Assembly (NCBI RefSeq): GCF_001017655.1
Contig: NZ_CP010904.1
Location: forward strand, 2,250,001 to 2,282,000
Reading direction: 5' to 3'
From: Kiritimatiella glycovorans
Lineage (GTDB): Bacteria; Verrucomicrobiota; Kiritimatiellia; Kiritimatiellales; Kiritimatiellaceae
Length of the DNA stretch: 32,000 bases
Each line of letters starts with the position of its first letter. Within the stretch, counting starts at the first letter, position 1. Positions 15,682 through 23,288 of this stretch are shown piece by piece. The notes under the pieces were generated by a model. It was not told the origin of the DNA, did not search any database, and saw nothing but the letters and a program-made list of their open reading frames with translations. The position numbers and the translations under genes were made by a program.

Positions 15682-15960
15682 TTAGGCTCTTTACGGCTCT
15701 TCATGCAAACCGCCATCGTTTGCATATGATGCACTTACATCTATATTTGACCGGGTGCAAGTTTTTTTCGGGAATATGTGATCGAGACTTACAGGCCGAC
15801 GTAAAATCCCTGTGGGGATCGGGATTTCACCAGAGAGCGGTTGAACCCAGCGGCGGCACTCCATCCGCTGAAGGGATTGGTCGAACCTGTTTTTCTCTCG
15901 CCAAGCCGCCAAGGCCGCCAGGGAATGTCTTCCTTCGAGGGAGCACGATGTCTTTGCCTG
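15682..15960. promoter_or_regulatory. Divergent promoter / leader cassette (long form, copy B'), separated from PEP-CTERM gene B by IS copy 2
   Basis: Homologous to 8128-8420. Contents: TGCAAAC-N7-GTTTGCA (15704-15724); GTGCAA plus T7 (15755-15768); GTGATC-N18-TAAAAT (15778-15807); CAGCGG-N11-CCGCTG (15848-15870); CGCCAAG/CGCCAAG/CGCCAGG (15899-15922); GAGGGAGCACGATG (RBS plus ATG at 15948). Confidence 0.6.
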
Positions 15961-16127
15961 TGCTCTTCTCATTCATCTTTGCGGTTCCGGCGCCTTGGCG
16001 AGAGTCACTTCTTGTGTTTTCGACGACGGATTACATCGATGACGCGGATGGGATCTCGAAATCCGAATCGAAGTCGAAATCGAGGTTCAGAGAGAACATA
16101 ATTCGTGCTCTTACTCGAGTTCCCTGA
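15948..16127 (+). CDS. Hypothetical small protein (59 aa), speculative
   Basis: ATG at 15948 is preceded by GAGGGAG 4 nt upstream and by the TAAAAT promoter candidate. Product: MSLPVLFSFIFAVPAPWRESLLVFSTTDYIDDADGISKSESKSKSRFRENIIRALTRVP (hydrophobic N-terminus, Ser/Lys-rich tail). The RBS-ATG box is conserved at 4937-4949 but is ATT at 8410. The 3' half overlaps low-complexity repeats, so this may be a gene remnant. Confidence 0.3.
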   Translation: MSLPVLFSFIFAVPAPWRESLLVFSTTDYIDDADGISKSESKSKSRFRENIIRALTRVP

Positions 16128-16201
16128 ACAGGGGGAGTGGGATCGCGCCTTCGGCGCTCCGAGTACGAGTACGCGTGCGAGTAAGAGTACGAATTATGTT
16201 C
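16094..16201. repeat. 108-nt inverted-repeat element (24-bp arms with 1 mismatch, 60-nt structured spacer); a bidirectional terminator, a MITE-like element or a structured RNA
   Basis: GAACATAATTCGTGCTCTTACTCG (16094-16117) versus the reverse complement of 16178-16201 (CGAGTAAGAGTACGAATTATGTTC). The spacer carries the GCGCC-TTC-GGCGC hairpin and the 21-mer shared with 3753-3773. The arms have visibly lower GC than their surroundings. Confidence 0.6.
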
Positions 16202-16225
16202 ACCCCTTCATGCTCTTCATGGCCT

Positions 16226-16597
16226 TCATGGTGAATCCCATGCTCTCCCCACGCGGGGGGCGTCGTTCCACAAACCCTCGAGGTCGTAGTATTCGCGCAT
16301 GTCGCGGCTGAACAGGTGCACCAGCACGTCCTGGTAATCCACGACCACCCACCCGCTCTCCGGCTGGCCGGCGGAGCGGATGCCGCCGCCGGCACGGCGT
16401 TTGAGGGCGGTCACGATTTCATCCTGAAGGGCCTTCAGATGCGGAACGCCGGTGCCGCTGGCGATGATGAAATAATCCAGGACATCGGAGAGGCCGCGCA
16501 GGTCGAGAACGGTGACGTGTTCGGCCTTTTTATCCTCCAGAATCGCGCAAATCTCGCCGACGTAACCGGGGTGCGTCTGCTGCGTGTCTCCGCTCAT
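16226..16597 (-). CDS. rsfS: Ribosome silencing factor RsfS
   Basis: 123 aa. ...VLDLRGLSDVLDYFIIASGTGVPHLKALQDEI...GWVVVDYQDVLVHLFSRDMREYYDLEGLW is the classic RsfS/iojap pattern. ATGA overlap with nadD, the usual nadD-rsfS pairing. Confidence 0.9.
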   Translation of the reverse strand: MSGDTQQTHPGYVGEICAILEDKKAEHVTVLDLRGLSDVLDYFIIASGTGVPHLKALQDEIVTALKRRAGGGIRSAGQPESGWVVVDYQDVLVHLFSRDMREYYDLEGLWNDAPRVGRAWDSP

Positions 16598-17220
16598 GAA
16601 TCTGCTCTCCCTCGCTCATACAGATGATGTTCCGCGACGTAATCCGCCACGACCGGCGGCACGAGGAATCGAATCGACTGTCCCTCCGCCGCGCGGGTCC
16701 GCACCTCGGTCGACGAGATGCCGATCCGGTGCGATTCGAACACCCCGCGCATAACCCGCCGCTTCCATGGCTCTTCGAGCTGTACTTCGCCGCATTCGGC
16801 CTCCGCACGGCGGGCGATGATCAGGGTGCATCGCTCAAGCAGATCGCGGACCGCTTTCCACTTATGCAGCTCGGGAAGGCTGTCTCCGCCCACCAGGAAG
16901 AAAAGCTGGGCCTCCGGATATTGATCCCGCATTGCCGTCAGGGTGTCGATGCTGTAGGAGACGCCGGCGCGGTTGATCTCCACATCCGACACTTCAAAAG
17001 CGGGGTGTCCGTCGACAGCGAGGCGAACCATGTCCAGACGCCGTCGGGGTCCGGGTTCGTCCCCGATCGATTTATGAGGCGGGGCATGCGCCGGGATAAA
17101 GATCATCCGGTCCAGCTCGAAGCGTTCCAGGGCATCCTGGGCGATGATGAGGTGTCCGAGGTGGGGAGGATTGAAGGTGCCGCCGAAGAGTCCGATTCGC
17201 TGGACATGTGTGCCTGTCAT
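16594..17220 (-). CDS. nadD: Nicotinate-nucleotide adenylyltransferase
   Basis: 208 aa. IGLFGGTFNPPHLGHL (the (H/T)xGH nucleotidyltransferase motif), ...FIPAHAPPHK..., ISSTEVR near the C-terminus. Confidence 0.9.
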   Translation of the reverse strand: MTGTHVQRIGLFGGTFNPPHLGHLIIAQDALERFELDRMIFIPAHAPPHKSIGDEPGPRRRLDMVRLAVDGHPAFEVSDVEINRAGVSYSIDTLTAMRDQYPEAQLFFLVGGDSLPELHKWKAVRDLLERCTLIIARRAEAECGEVQLEEPWKRRVMRGVFESHRIGISSTEVRTRAAEGQSIRFLVPPVVADYVAEHHLYERGRADS

Positions 17221-17248
17221 AAAGGGGGCGTCCCTGGTTTGAGCCGCC

Positions 17249-17833
17249 TCAGAAAATGCTGCGCCAGACCCTGATCACGTCGCCGGCCTCGATCATGGGA
17301 TCGCGCCCCGGATTCTTCTCGAGTTTCTTCGCATTGTAGAAATAGGTCTCGCCACCTCGGGTAATCTGGATTTTCCGTTCGTTGGCGTACTCGGTATAGC
17401 CGCCTGCGGCCGCAATGGCCTGGAGCAGCGTGGTGCCTTTGGTGATCTGGTACTGTCCCGGACTTTTCACTTCGCCACGCACATAATAGCTCTTGGCGTA
17501 CATCATGACGTGGACGGTGACATCGCGGTAGATATCGTTGTCGATATACGCCCGCTCGATCTCGTCTTCAAGTTCCGCCGTACTCTTCCCGGCGGCCTCG
17601 ATGGAATCGAGATACATCAGGTTGATTCGGCCGGACTCATCGATGGTCTCTTCGATCACGCGTTCGCCTTCCGGAATGCCCCTGAGCACGACATTGATGG
17701 GATCCAGCGGCTTGAGCCGGTAGGTTCCCACGTCACGTGAACTCTCGTCCCCGGACGACTGCGTATAGGTCAGACATCCCGCCGCCGCCAGCAATACGAG
17801 CAACCACAATCCTGCGCCAACCCAACTTTTCAT
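17249..17833 (-). CDS. Polysaccharide export lipoprotein, Wza/EpsE-like (Poly_export plus SLBB)
   Basis: I prefer the ATG at 17833 (RBS GAGAGGTGG) over the TTG at 17848 in the track. Lipobox-like LLAAAGC; YRLKPLDPINV...; ...GEVKSPGQYQITKGTTLLQAIAAAGGYTEYA...I.I.R is typical of Wza-family N-terminal domains. Confidence 0.8.
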   Translation of the reverse strand: MKSWVGAGLWLLVLLAAAGCLTYTQSSGDESSRDVGTYRLKPLDPINVVLRGIPEGERVIEETIDESGRINLMYLDSIEAAGKSTAELEDEIERAYIDNDIYRDVTVHVMMYAKSYYVRGEVKSPGQYQITKGTTLLQAIAAAGGYTEYANERKIQITRGGETYFYNAKKLEKNPGRDPMIEAGDVIRVWRSIF

Positions 17834-17844
17834 CGAGCCACCTC

Positions 17845-19968
17845 TCAACCCTCAGCCGTTTCTGTTTCCTGCGGCGCCGATTCGCCGGAACGATAGTAGT
17901 AATAATTATAGTAATACGAGTGATAGTAGTAGTAGTAATCGTCCCGCATCACATTGATGTTGTTGAGCACCACACCCGAGACGCGGGCATTGCTCGATTC
18001 AAGAAGCTGCTTGGCGCGCATCGCCATATCCCGCGGATATTTCCGGTACTGGCAGACCATGATCACACGGTCCACGGCTGAAGCCAGGATCGAGGCGTCG
18101 CTGATCCCGATCACCGGGGGACTGTCCAGAAAGATGACGTCGAATTTGCTGCGGAGGTTGTGAATCAGTTCCTTCATCCGCTGCGATTCGAGCAGGCCCA
18201 GGGAGGTGCGCGGCAGCCGCCCGCTCGGCAGGAAGTGGAGGTTCGGCACGCTCGTCGGCTTGATCGTCTCCTCGACCGGCACGTCGCGCAGGAGCACGTT
18301 AGTCAGCCCGAACCGGTTGTCCGTATCCAGGATACGGTGCTGAACCGGGCGGCGGAGGTCCGAGTCGATCAGGAGAACCTTTTCTCCCCGCTGTGCGCAG
18401 ATATAGGCGAGGTTGAAGATGGTCGTCGACTTCCCTTCGCCCGCTCCCCCGCTCGTGCACAGGAACGTGCCCTTCGTCTGGCCTTCGTTGGTAAAGGTAA
18501 GGTTCGTGCGCAGCACGCGGTAGGCCTCCGCGTGTTCGCTGTCCGGCCCCTCCTCGATCATCGGCCGCACCTTCTGCGGGACCAGCCCCAGCACCGGGAG
18601 GCTGAGATAGCGCTCGACATCGTCCGCTGTCTTGATCGAGGTGTCCAGATATTCAATGAAGTAGGCGAGGCCCACGCCGGCGCCGAGCCCGAGGAAGACG
18701 CTCATGAGCACATTGAGAAACAGGTTGGGGCTCACCGGCGATGAGCCGGGTTCCGCGGGTTCAATAACTTCGACGGCGGTGCGCGGGATTTCAAGGGTAA
18801 TCCCCTCCTGCGTCACCCGGGCCTTCAACGCATCCAGGATCGAGCGCTGGATCTCAAGATTTCGACGGGCCTTATTGAAGGGAAGCAGGCTCTCGCGCTG
18901 CGTCTGTCGCTCCTCTTCCCTGATTCCGGCCAGCTCCTTTTCGAGCGCCTCATAATTCGCCCGGGCAACCTCGTAATCGGCCTTCAGCCCCTTGATCAGA
19001 CCATCCAGCGCCTCTTCCAGCTTGCCCATCAGTTCCTCACGGGCCGCACGCAGACGCTTCACTTCCGGGTGGTTCTGCCCGTAATTCTCCGACATCAGGC
19101 TCAGCGAGACATCGGTATCCAGAATCTGTTTCCGCAGGTCGCTGAGATTGGGATCCTTGACGACATATTCCGAGGCGTTGAGAAGTTCGGGGCCTTCGAG
19201 CGCCTGCATCTGCTCGAAACGCGCCTTGCGCACCAGCATTTCCACCCGCGCCTGGATGCGGTCGCCTTCGAGCTGCTGCAGGCGCATCTTATCGACGCTC
19301 ACGCCGCTCTGCTCATTGCCCACAAATGTTACATCGAGTTCCTGACGGATGCGCTCCATTTCCTGTTCCGCCTCATCCACCTTCGTCTGCTGTTTCTGAA
19401 GCTGTGTCCGAAGTTCCTCGATAGCGTTACGCATTTCCTTGCGCTTCACATCCCGGCGCATATCCCGGTAGACCTCGGCCACTTGATTGGCTATGCGCGC
19501 GGCCTCCTCGGGTTTTTCCCGCTCTGCGATGATGGAAATAAGCGAGGTGTCGGGCGCAGCCGACAGATTGATACTTCGGCGGAGAATATTGAGTGCGACA
19601 TCCTCGGGAATTTTACGGTCTTCGTTGCCCCAGACCTTGCGAAGATTCAGTCTTTCAATCACCTCGTACAGAACGGGGCGCGAAGATATGATTCGCTGCT
19701 GTGTCCTGAGAAAGTAGGGGTTGTAAAGCGAGCGGCCGCCTTCGTTGCGAAAGACGTCGACATCCGTGCCCTCGTTGTTAACTTTAATCGTCGCCGTGGA
19801 GCGATAGATCCTCGGGAGCGTAAATGTGTATGCGGTGCCGACCAGCACCACCAGAAGCGCGACGGCCAGGATGATTTCCTTACGGGCGCGGATGACGCGC
19901 CAGTAATCGAGGAAGTGAAGACCGCCGTCAGAGTCCTTCTGCTGCTGATTCGGGTTGGGTTGATCCAT
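17845..19968 (-). CDS. Polysaccharide co-polymerase / tyrosine autokinase, Wzc-like (707 aa)
   Basis: N-terminal Wzz-type segment with a TM helix, a long coiled-coil, a second TM helix, Walker A GGAGEGKSTT, DSDLRRP, FLDSPPV, and a C-terminal Tyr cluster DDYYYYYHSYYYNYYYYRS. Confidence 0.88.
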   Translation of the reverse strand: MDQPNPNQQQKDSDGGLHFLDYWRVIRARKEIILAVALLVVLVGTAYTFTLPRIYRSTATIKVNNEGTDVDVFRNEGGRSLYNPYFLRTQQRIISSRPVLYEVIERLNLRKVWGNEDRKIPEDVALNILRRSINLSAAPDTSLISIIAEREKPEEAARIANQVAEVYRDMRRDVKRKEMRNAIEELRTQLQKQQTKVDEAEQEMERIRQELDVTFVGNEQSGVSVDKMRLQQLEGDRIQARVEMLVRKARFEQMQALEGPELLNASEYVVKDPNLSDLRKQILDTDVSLSLMSENYGQNHPEVKRLRAAREELMGKLEEALDGLIKGLKADYEVARANYEALEKELAGIREEERQTQRESLLPFNKARRNLEIQRSILDALKARVTQEGITLEIPRTAVEVIEPAEPGSSPVSPNLFLNVLMSVFLGLGAGVGLAYFIEYLDTSIKTADDVERYLSLPVLGLVPQKVRPMIEEGPDSEHAEAYRVLRTNLTFTNEGQTKGTFLCTSGGAGEGKSTTIFNLAYICAQRGEKVLLIDSDLRRPVQHRILDTDNRFGLTNVLLRDVPVEETIKPTSVPNLHFLPSGRLPRTSLGLLESQRMKELIHNLRSKFDVIFLDSPPVIGISDASILASAVDRVIMVCQYRKYPRDMAMRAKQLLESSNARVSGVVLNNINVMRDDYYYYYHSYYYNYYYYRSGESAPQETETAEG

Positions 19969-20064
19969 GATTGTTTACCCCCGTAATAGAGACGGTGAGG
20001 CCTTTTGAGCCTCACCCGCCTGCCTGAGTCTCCCCGGATTAGTGCGCCGGGGCACCCTGTGTGT

Positions 20065-21750
20065 TCAGAATTTCATGCGCCATCCGAACTCGACCTGGTT
20101 ACGGTCCCAGTCATCCCGGGTGGCTATATCGGACTGCAGGTCCGTAAACCGATATCCGACGTCGAACGAATGCATCCGGTTGAGGTCGTAAGTCAGACGT
20201 GAACGCACCTGAGAGTAATAGGTCTGGCCGTCCACCCCGATCGGAATCCCTGTACCGGGAATGAGAAACTCGGATTCGTACTCGTCGATATAGTAGGATC
20301 CGGTCAGATCAAAGGTCAGCTTGCCGGTCAGCTCGTGCTTCACGCCGAGCGCATAGTCCTGCCGGAGCGAGCTGGCGTAGGTAAATTCGGTGGACTCCTC
20401 GTTGAACGAATACCCCGCCCCGGCGTGAACCGTGGTACGCGGCGAGAACTGGTAATACACTTTGGCGCGTGCATAAGGCGCGAGATAGTCGTCGCCCCGC
20501 ACATTGTTCTCGAATTCGGTCTGGGAAGCCCCGAGATAGCCCTCCATCGTAAGGTCCGGGTTGAACACGTGGCTCATACCGAGCGTCATCAGCATGGTGT
20601 CGGTGCCGGCATTGCGGTTGGCCCCCACGTATTCGGCCCGCTGGAAGCTCGCGTTCACGAAGCCCACGGTCTTGTTCGGAACGATCTGGCGCGACAGCGA
20701 GCCGCCGATCCGGTACTTGTCCATGTCGTGACGGTCGGAAAGCAAATCCTCGTCGTAGCGGAGTATTTCATTGCCCACGCTCAGGTTGAGACGAGAGTTG
20801 TAGTGCAGGGCGTGATCGGCGCTCAGGTTCACCTTATTCCGATAGTAGGTGCTCTCCGTATTCCGACCGGAAACGACCCGCTCCGGCTGCTCCTTGTACT
20901 GGAAGGTATCCGAAAGACGCAGCATCGTGCGCGGCGAGATCGAATGGTTGACCTGGCCGGAGAACTCGTGGAAGAGCTGCTGGTCGTCGTCTTTCTCGGG
21001 CGAGTACCGGTACGTGGGTCGGTAGTGGAGATAAAAGTCTGTACGGTCCGTACCCATTCTCGTCGAAAGCGTGAAGCTCTCGTTGAAACTCCAGCCATCG
21101 TCCTTGTCGTCATCCGTGTAGAGATTGTCGTCCCACCGGACATACATCCGGTTGCTGAGATCCCAGAAAGCGGACCCCGCGGTGAAGAGTTCGGTAATGT
21201 ACCCGGGAAGCTGCCATTCCGTCTTGCCGCCCGCTTTCGGTTTCGAGGTCTTGCGTTTCTTGCGGGACGCCTTGCCTTCCTCTTCTTCGGAGTCCTCAGC
21301 AGCCGCAGCCATCCTGAAGTCGCCGTTCATGAGCCGACCGACCTCCGCGACGACCTGCCGCCCGGTCTCCTCGAATTTCGTGCCTTCGGTAACCACGTCG
21401 ATGCCGAGCGCCGTCGCCTTGAAATTTTCGGGGCCGCCGCCTTTCAGTACTCCGGCCGAAACCCACTTGACCGTGCGTTCATCGCCGGTCTGCATGGATT
21501 GCTCGACGAGTTCCGCCGCCAGTTCCATGACGGCCTCCTCGCTGACGTCGCCTTCGACACGCGACTTAACGATCGCGGCCGCTTCATGGCCGGCCTTGCG
21601 CGCGTCGTCGCTCTGGATCGCGCTCTTGAACTGCCCCATAGACTCGGCGGCCTGCAGGTGGGAGACGGTCGCGAACAGCAGACCTGCCGTAAGCATGATT
21701 GAAATGCTGATGCGTTTGGGAATGCTCTCTAAAATAACAGCTGTTTTCAT
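20065..21750 (-). CDS. Predicted outer-membrane beta-barrel protein with a charged N-terminal extension (561 aa)
   Basis: Signal peptide ...LLFATVSHLQAAE; Glu/Lys-rich segment EDSEEEEGKASRKKRKTSKPKAGGK; then alternating-hydrophobicity beta strands ending ...NQVEFGWRMKF (terminal Phe). Its position beside Wzc/Wza resembles the uncharacterised barrels of PEP-CTERM/EPS loci (inference). Confidence 0.7.
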   Translation of the reverse strand: MKTAVILESIPKRISISIMLTAGLLFATVSHLQAAESMGQFKSAIQSDDARKAGHEAAAIVKSRVEGDVSEEAVMELAAELVEQSMQTGDERTVKWVSAGVLKGGGPENFKATALGIDVVTEGTKFEETGRQVVAEVGRLMNGDFRMAAAAEDSEEEEGKASRKKRKTSKPKAGGKTEWQLPGYITELFTAGSAFWDLSNRMYVRWDDNLYTDDDKDDGWSFNESFTLSTRMGTDRTDFYLHYRPTYRYSPEKDDDQQLFHEFSGQVNHSISPRTMLRLSDTFQYKEQPERVVSGRNTESTYYRNKVNLSADHALHYNSRLNLSVGNEILRYDEDLLSDRHDMDKYRIGGSLSRQIVPNKTVGFVNASFQRAEYVGANRNAGTDTMLMTLGMSHVFNPDLTMEGYLGASQTEFENNVRGDDYLAPYARAKVYYQFSPRTTVHAGAGYSFNEESTEFTYASSLRQDYALGVKHELTGKLTFDLTGSYYIDEYESEFLIPGTGIPIGVDGQTYYSQVRSRLTYDLNRMHSFDVGYRFTDLQSDIATRDDWDRNQVEFGWRMKF

Positions 21751-22262
21751 TGCTCTTCCCTTCTGTTTGGGATCTCCTCACCGTTCAACCGCCGGACATA
21801 CGACGCATTCTCTCGAACGAAATCCATAAGCTTCGCCCATGCGTGATCAACGTTTATATCGTACAGGAGGCAATAGTCAACCCATGAATCCGCGTCCGGG
21901 GGCAGAATTACACGTCCGGATTCGTATTCCGCCTCCCCCGTCCGGACGAGAACCGACTGGGCTACCAGGCGCGCCAGCTCTTTCTTCGGAAGGGGTTCAC
22001 TCAGCCCGGCGGAGTCGATGTGTATGCCGTGCGCGTTGAGAAACTGCACGCACTGATTCAGGCCGGCCTCGCGGTCCACATAGCGGTGAAATGTGCCGTG
22101 AGCGAGTACCGTCGCGGCCACGGCGTAGGTGACCCGCTCCTCCGGCGGGTTACCGCCGCCTGAGGGAGCCGCCGTGCACATCAGGCAGAGCATGCCCGAG
22201 ACCGTGGCGCCCAGTATCCATTTTTCGATGGGGTTCATCATATTCAAGACCGAACCAAGCAT
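21747..22262 (-). CDS. Hypothetical secreted or membrane-anchored protein (about 171 aa), translationally coupled to the beta-barrel gene
   Basis: This is the C-terminal part of track ORF 21747..23195; the upstream part of that ORF is antisense to rnhC and is rejected. MLGSVLNMMNPIEKWILGATVSGMLCLMCTAAPSGG looks like a signal or anchor. ATGA overlap with the start at 21750. No family recognised. Start could also be 22241 or 22238. Confidence 0.55.
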   Translation of the reverse strand: MLGSVLNMMNPIEKWILGATVSGMLCLMCTAAPSGGGNPPEERVTYAVAATVLAHGTFHRYVDREAGLNQCVQFLNAHGIHIDSAGLSEPLPKKELARLVAQSVLVRTGEAEYESGRVILPPDADSWVDYCLLYDINVDHAWAKLMDFVRENASYVRRLNGEEIPNRREEQ

Positions 22263-22316
22263 GTACAGTAAACGCTCTTGTCTCTCATACGTCAAAGAAT
22301 TATAGGTTTGAATTTC

Positions 22317-23288
22317 ATGAAAAAGACGAGTTTTACACGCAAGCTGACACCCGAGCAACAGGAGTGCCTTGTGCGCATTCTGGACACGGGTAATTACCGT
22401 CCGGCGGAGACCCCTCACACCATCCGGGCGGTAAAGGGCCGGGACTGCAATATCAACCTGTACCGCAGCGGGAAGTGCGTGGTTCAGGGCCGGGGGGCCG
22501 AGGACTGGGTCTTGTTCACCCTGGAGCCGGAGGTCCTCCGCACGGCCGAAGTCGGTTACGAGGACGCCCTCGACCCCGCACTCAGAGAACCGCACCTCGG
22601 GGTCGATGAAAGCGGCAAGGGCGATTACTTCGGTCCGCTGGTCGTCGCCGCGGCCTACGTGAACGCCGAGCTGGTGGACGGCCTGCGCGGGCTGAATGTC
22701 CGCGACAGTAAGAACTATTCTTCGGACCGCGCACTCCGCAAATCGGCGGAACAGGTGCGCGAACTCCTGGAGGGCCGGTACGCGCTGGTTCCCGTAAACC
22801 CCTCGGCCTACAACCGCCTCTACGACAAGATGCGGAACGTCAACAGCCTCGTCGCCTGGGGTCACGCCCGGGCGATCGAAAACCTGCTCGAACAGGTCCC
22901 CGACTGCCCCCGGGCGGTGCTCGACAAATTCGGGCCGACGCACCGGGTCGAGCGCGCCCTCATGAAGCGCGGCCGCGGCATCCGGGTCGAGCAGCGGGTC
23001 CGCGCCGAAGACGACCCGGCGGTGGCGGCCGCCTCGGTCCTGGCCCGGGACGAATTCCTTTCGCGGCTTGAAGGTCTGGGGAAGACCTGCGGCGTCGCCC
23101 TGCCGAAAGGCGCCTCCGGAAAGGTGCGCGCGGCGGCCGAGCAGCTCGTGCGCGCCAACGGACCGGAGGTGCTTCGCGAAACCGCGAAATGCCACTTCCG
23201 CACCACGGACCGCGTGCTGGAGGCGTGCGGGGAGGAGATGCGGAGCTTGAGTTCTGAAAACGGAAAATCTGAAAGCGGAAATCCATGA
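22317..23288 (+). CDS. rnhC: Ribonuclease HIII
   Basis: GVDESGKGDYFGPLVVAAAY is the RNase HIII active-site motif (HII has DEAGRG). The N-terminal roughly 80-aa TBP-like domain is present. I prefer ATG 22317 (MKKTSFTRKL) to the TTG at 22278 in the track. Confidence 0.85.
   Translation: MKKTSFTRKLTPEQQECLVRILDTGNYRPAETPHTIRAVKGRDCNINLYRSGKCVVQGRGAEDWVLFTLEPEVLRTAEVGYEDALDPALREPHLGVDESGKGDYFGPLVVAAAYVNAELVDGLRGLNVRDSKNYSSDRALRKSAEQVRELLEGRYALVPVNPSAYNRLYDKMRNVNSLVAWGHARAIENLLEQVPDCPRAVLDKFGPTHRVERALMKRGRGIRVEQRVRAEDDPAVAAASVLARDEFLSRLEGLGKTCGVALPKGASGKVRAAAEQLVRANGPEVLRETAKCHFRTTDRVLEACGEEMRSLSSENGKSESGNP

Noticed and set aside
16203-16229. Mini-ORF MKAMKSMKG, overlapping the rsfS stop by ATGA, as a remnant of a PEP-CTERM gene start (compare MKAMRVMAV)
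   Set aside because: The similarity is only about 20 of 27 nt and comes from a 9-nt tandem repeat. There is no downstream coding continuation. It is reported only as part of the structured intergenic element.
22263-23195. Upstream two-thirds of the 482-aa minus-strand ORF 21747..23195
   Set aside because: It is fully antisense to the well-supported RNase HIII gene. It has an Arg/Gly/Pro-rich composition typical of GC-rich shadow frames. Only the last 171 codons, which carry a signal-like N-terminus and ATGA coupling, were kept.
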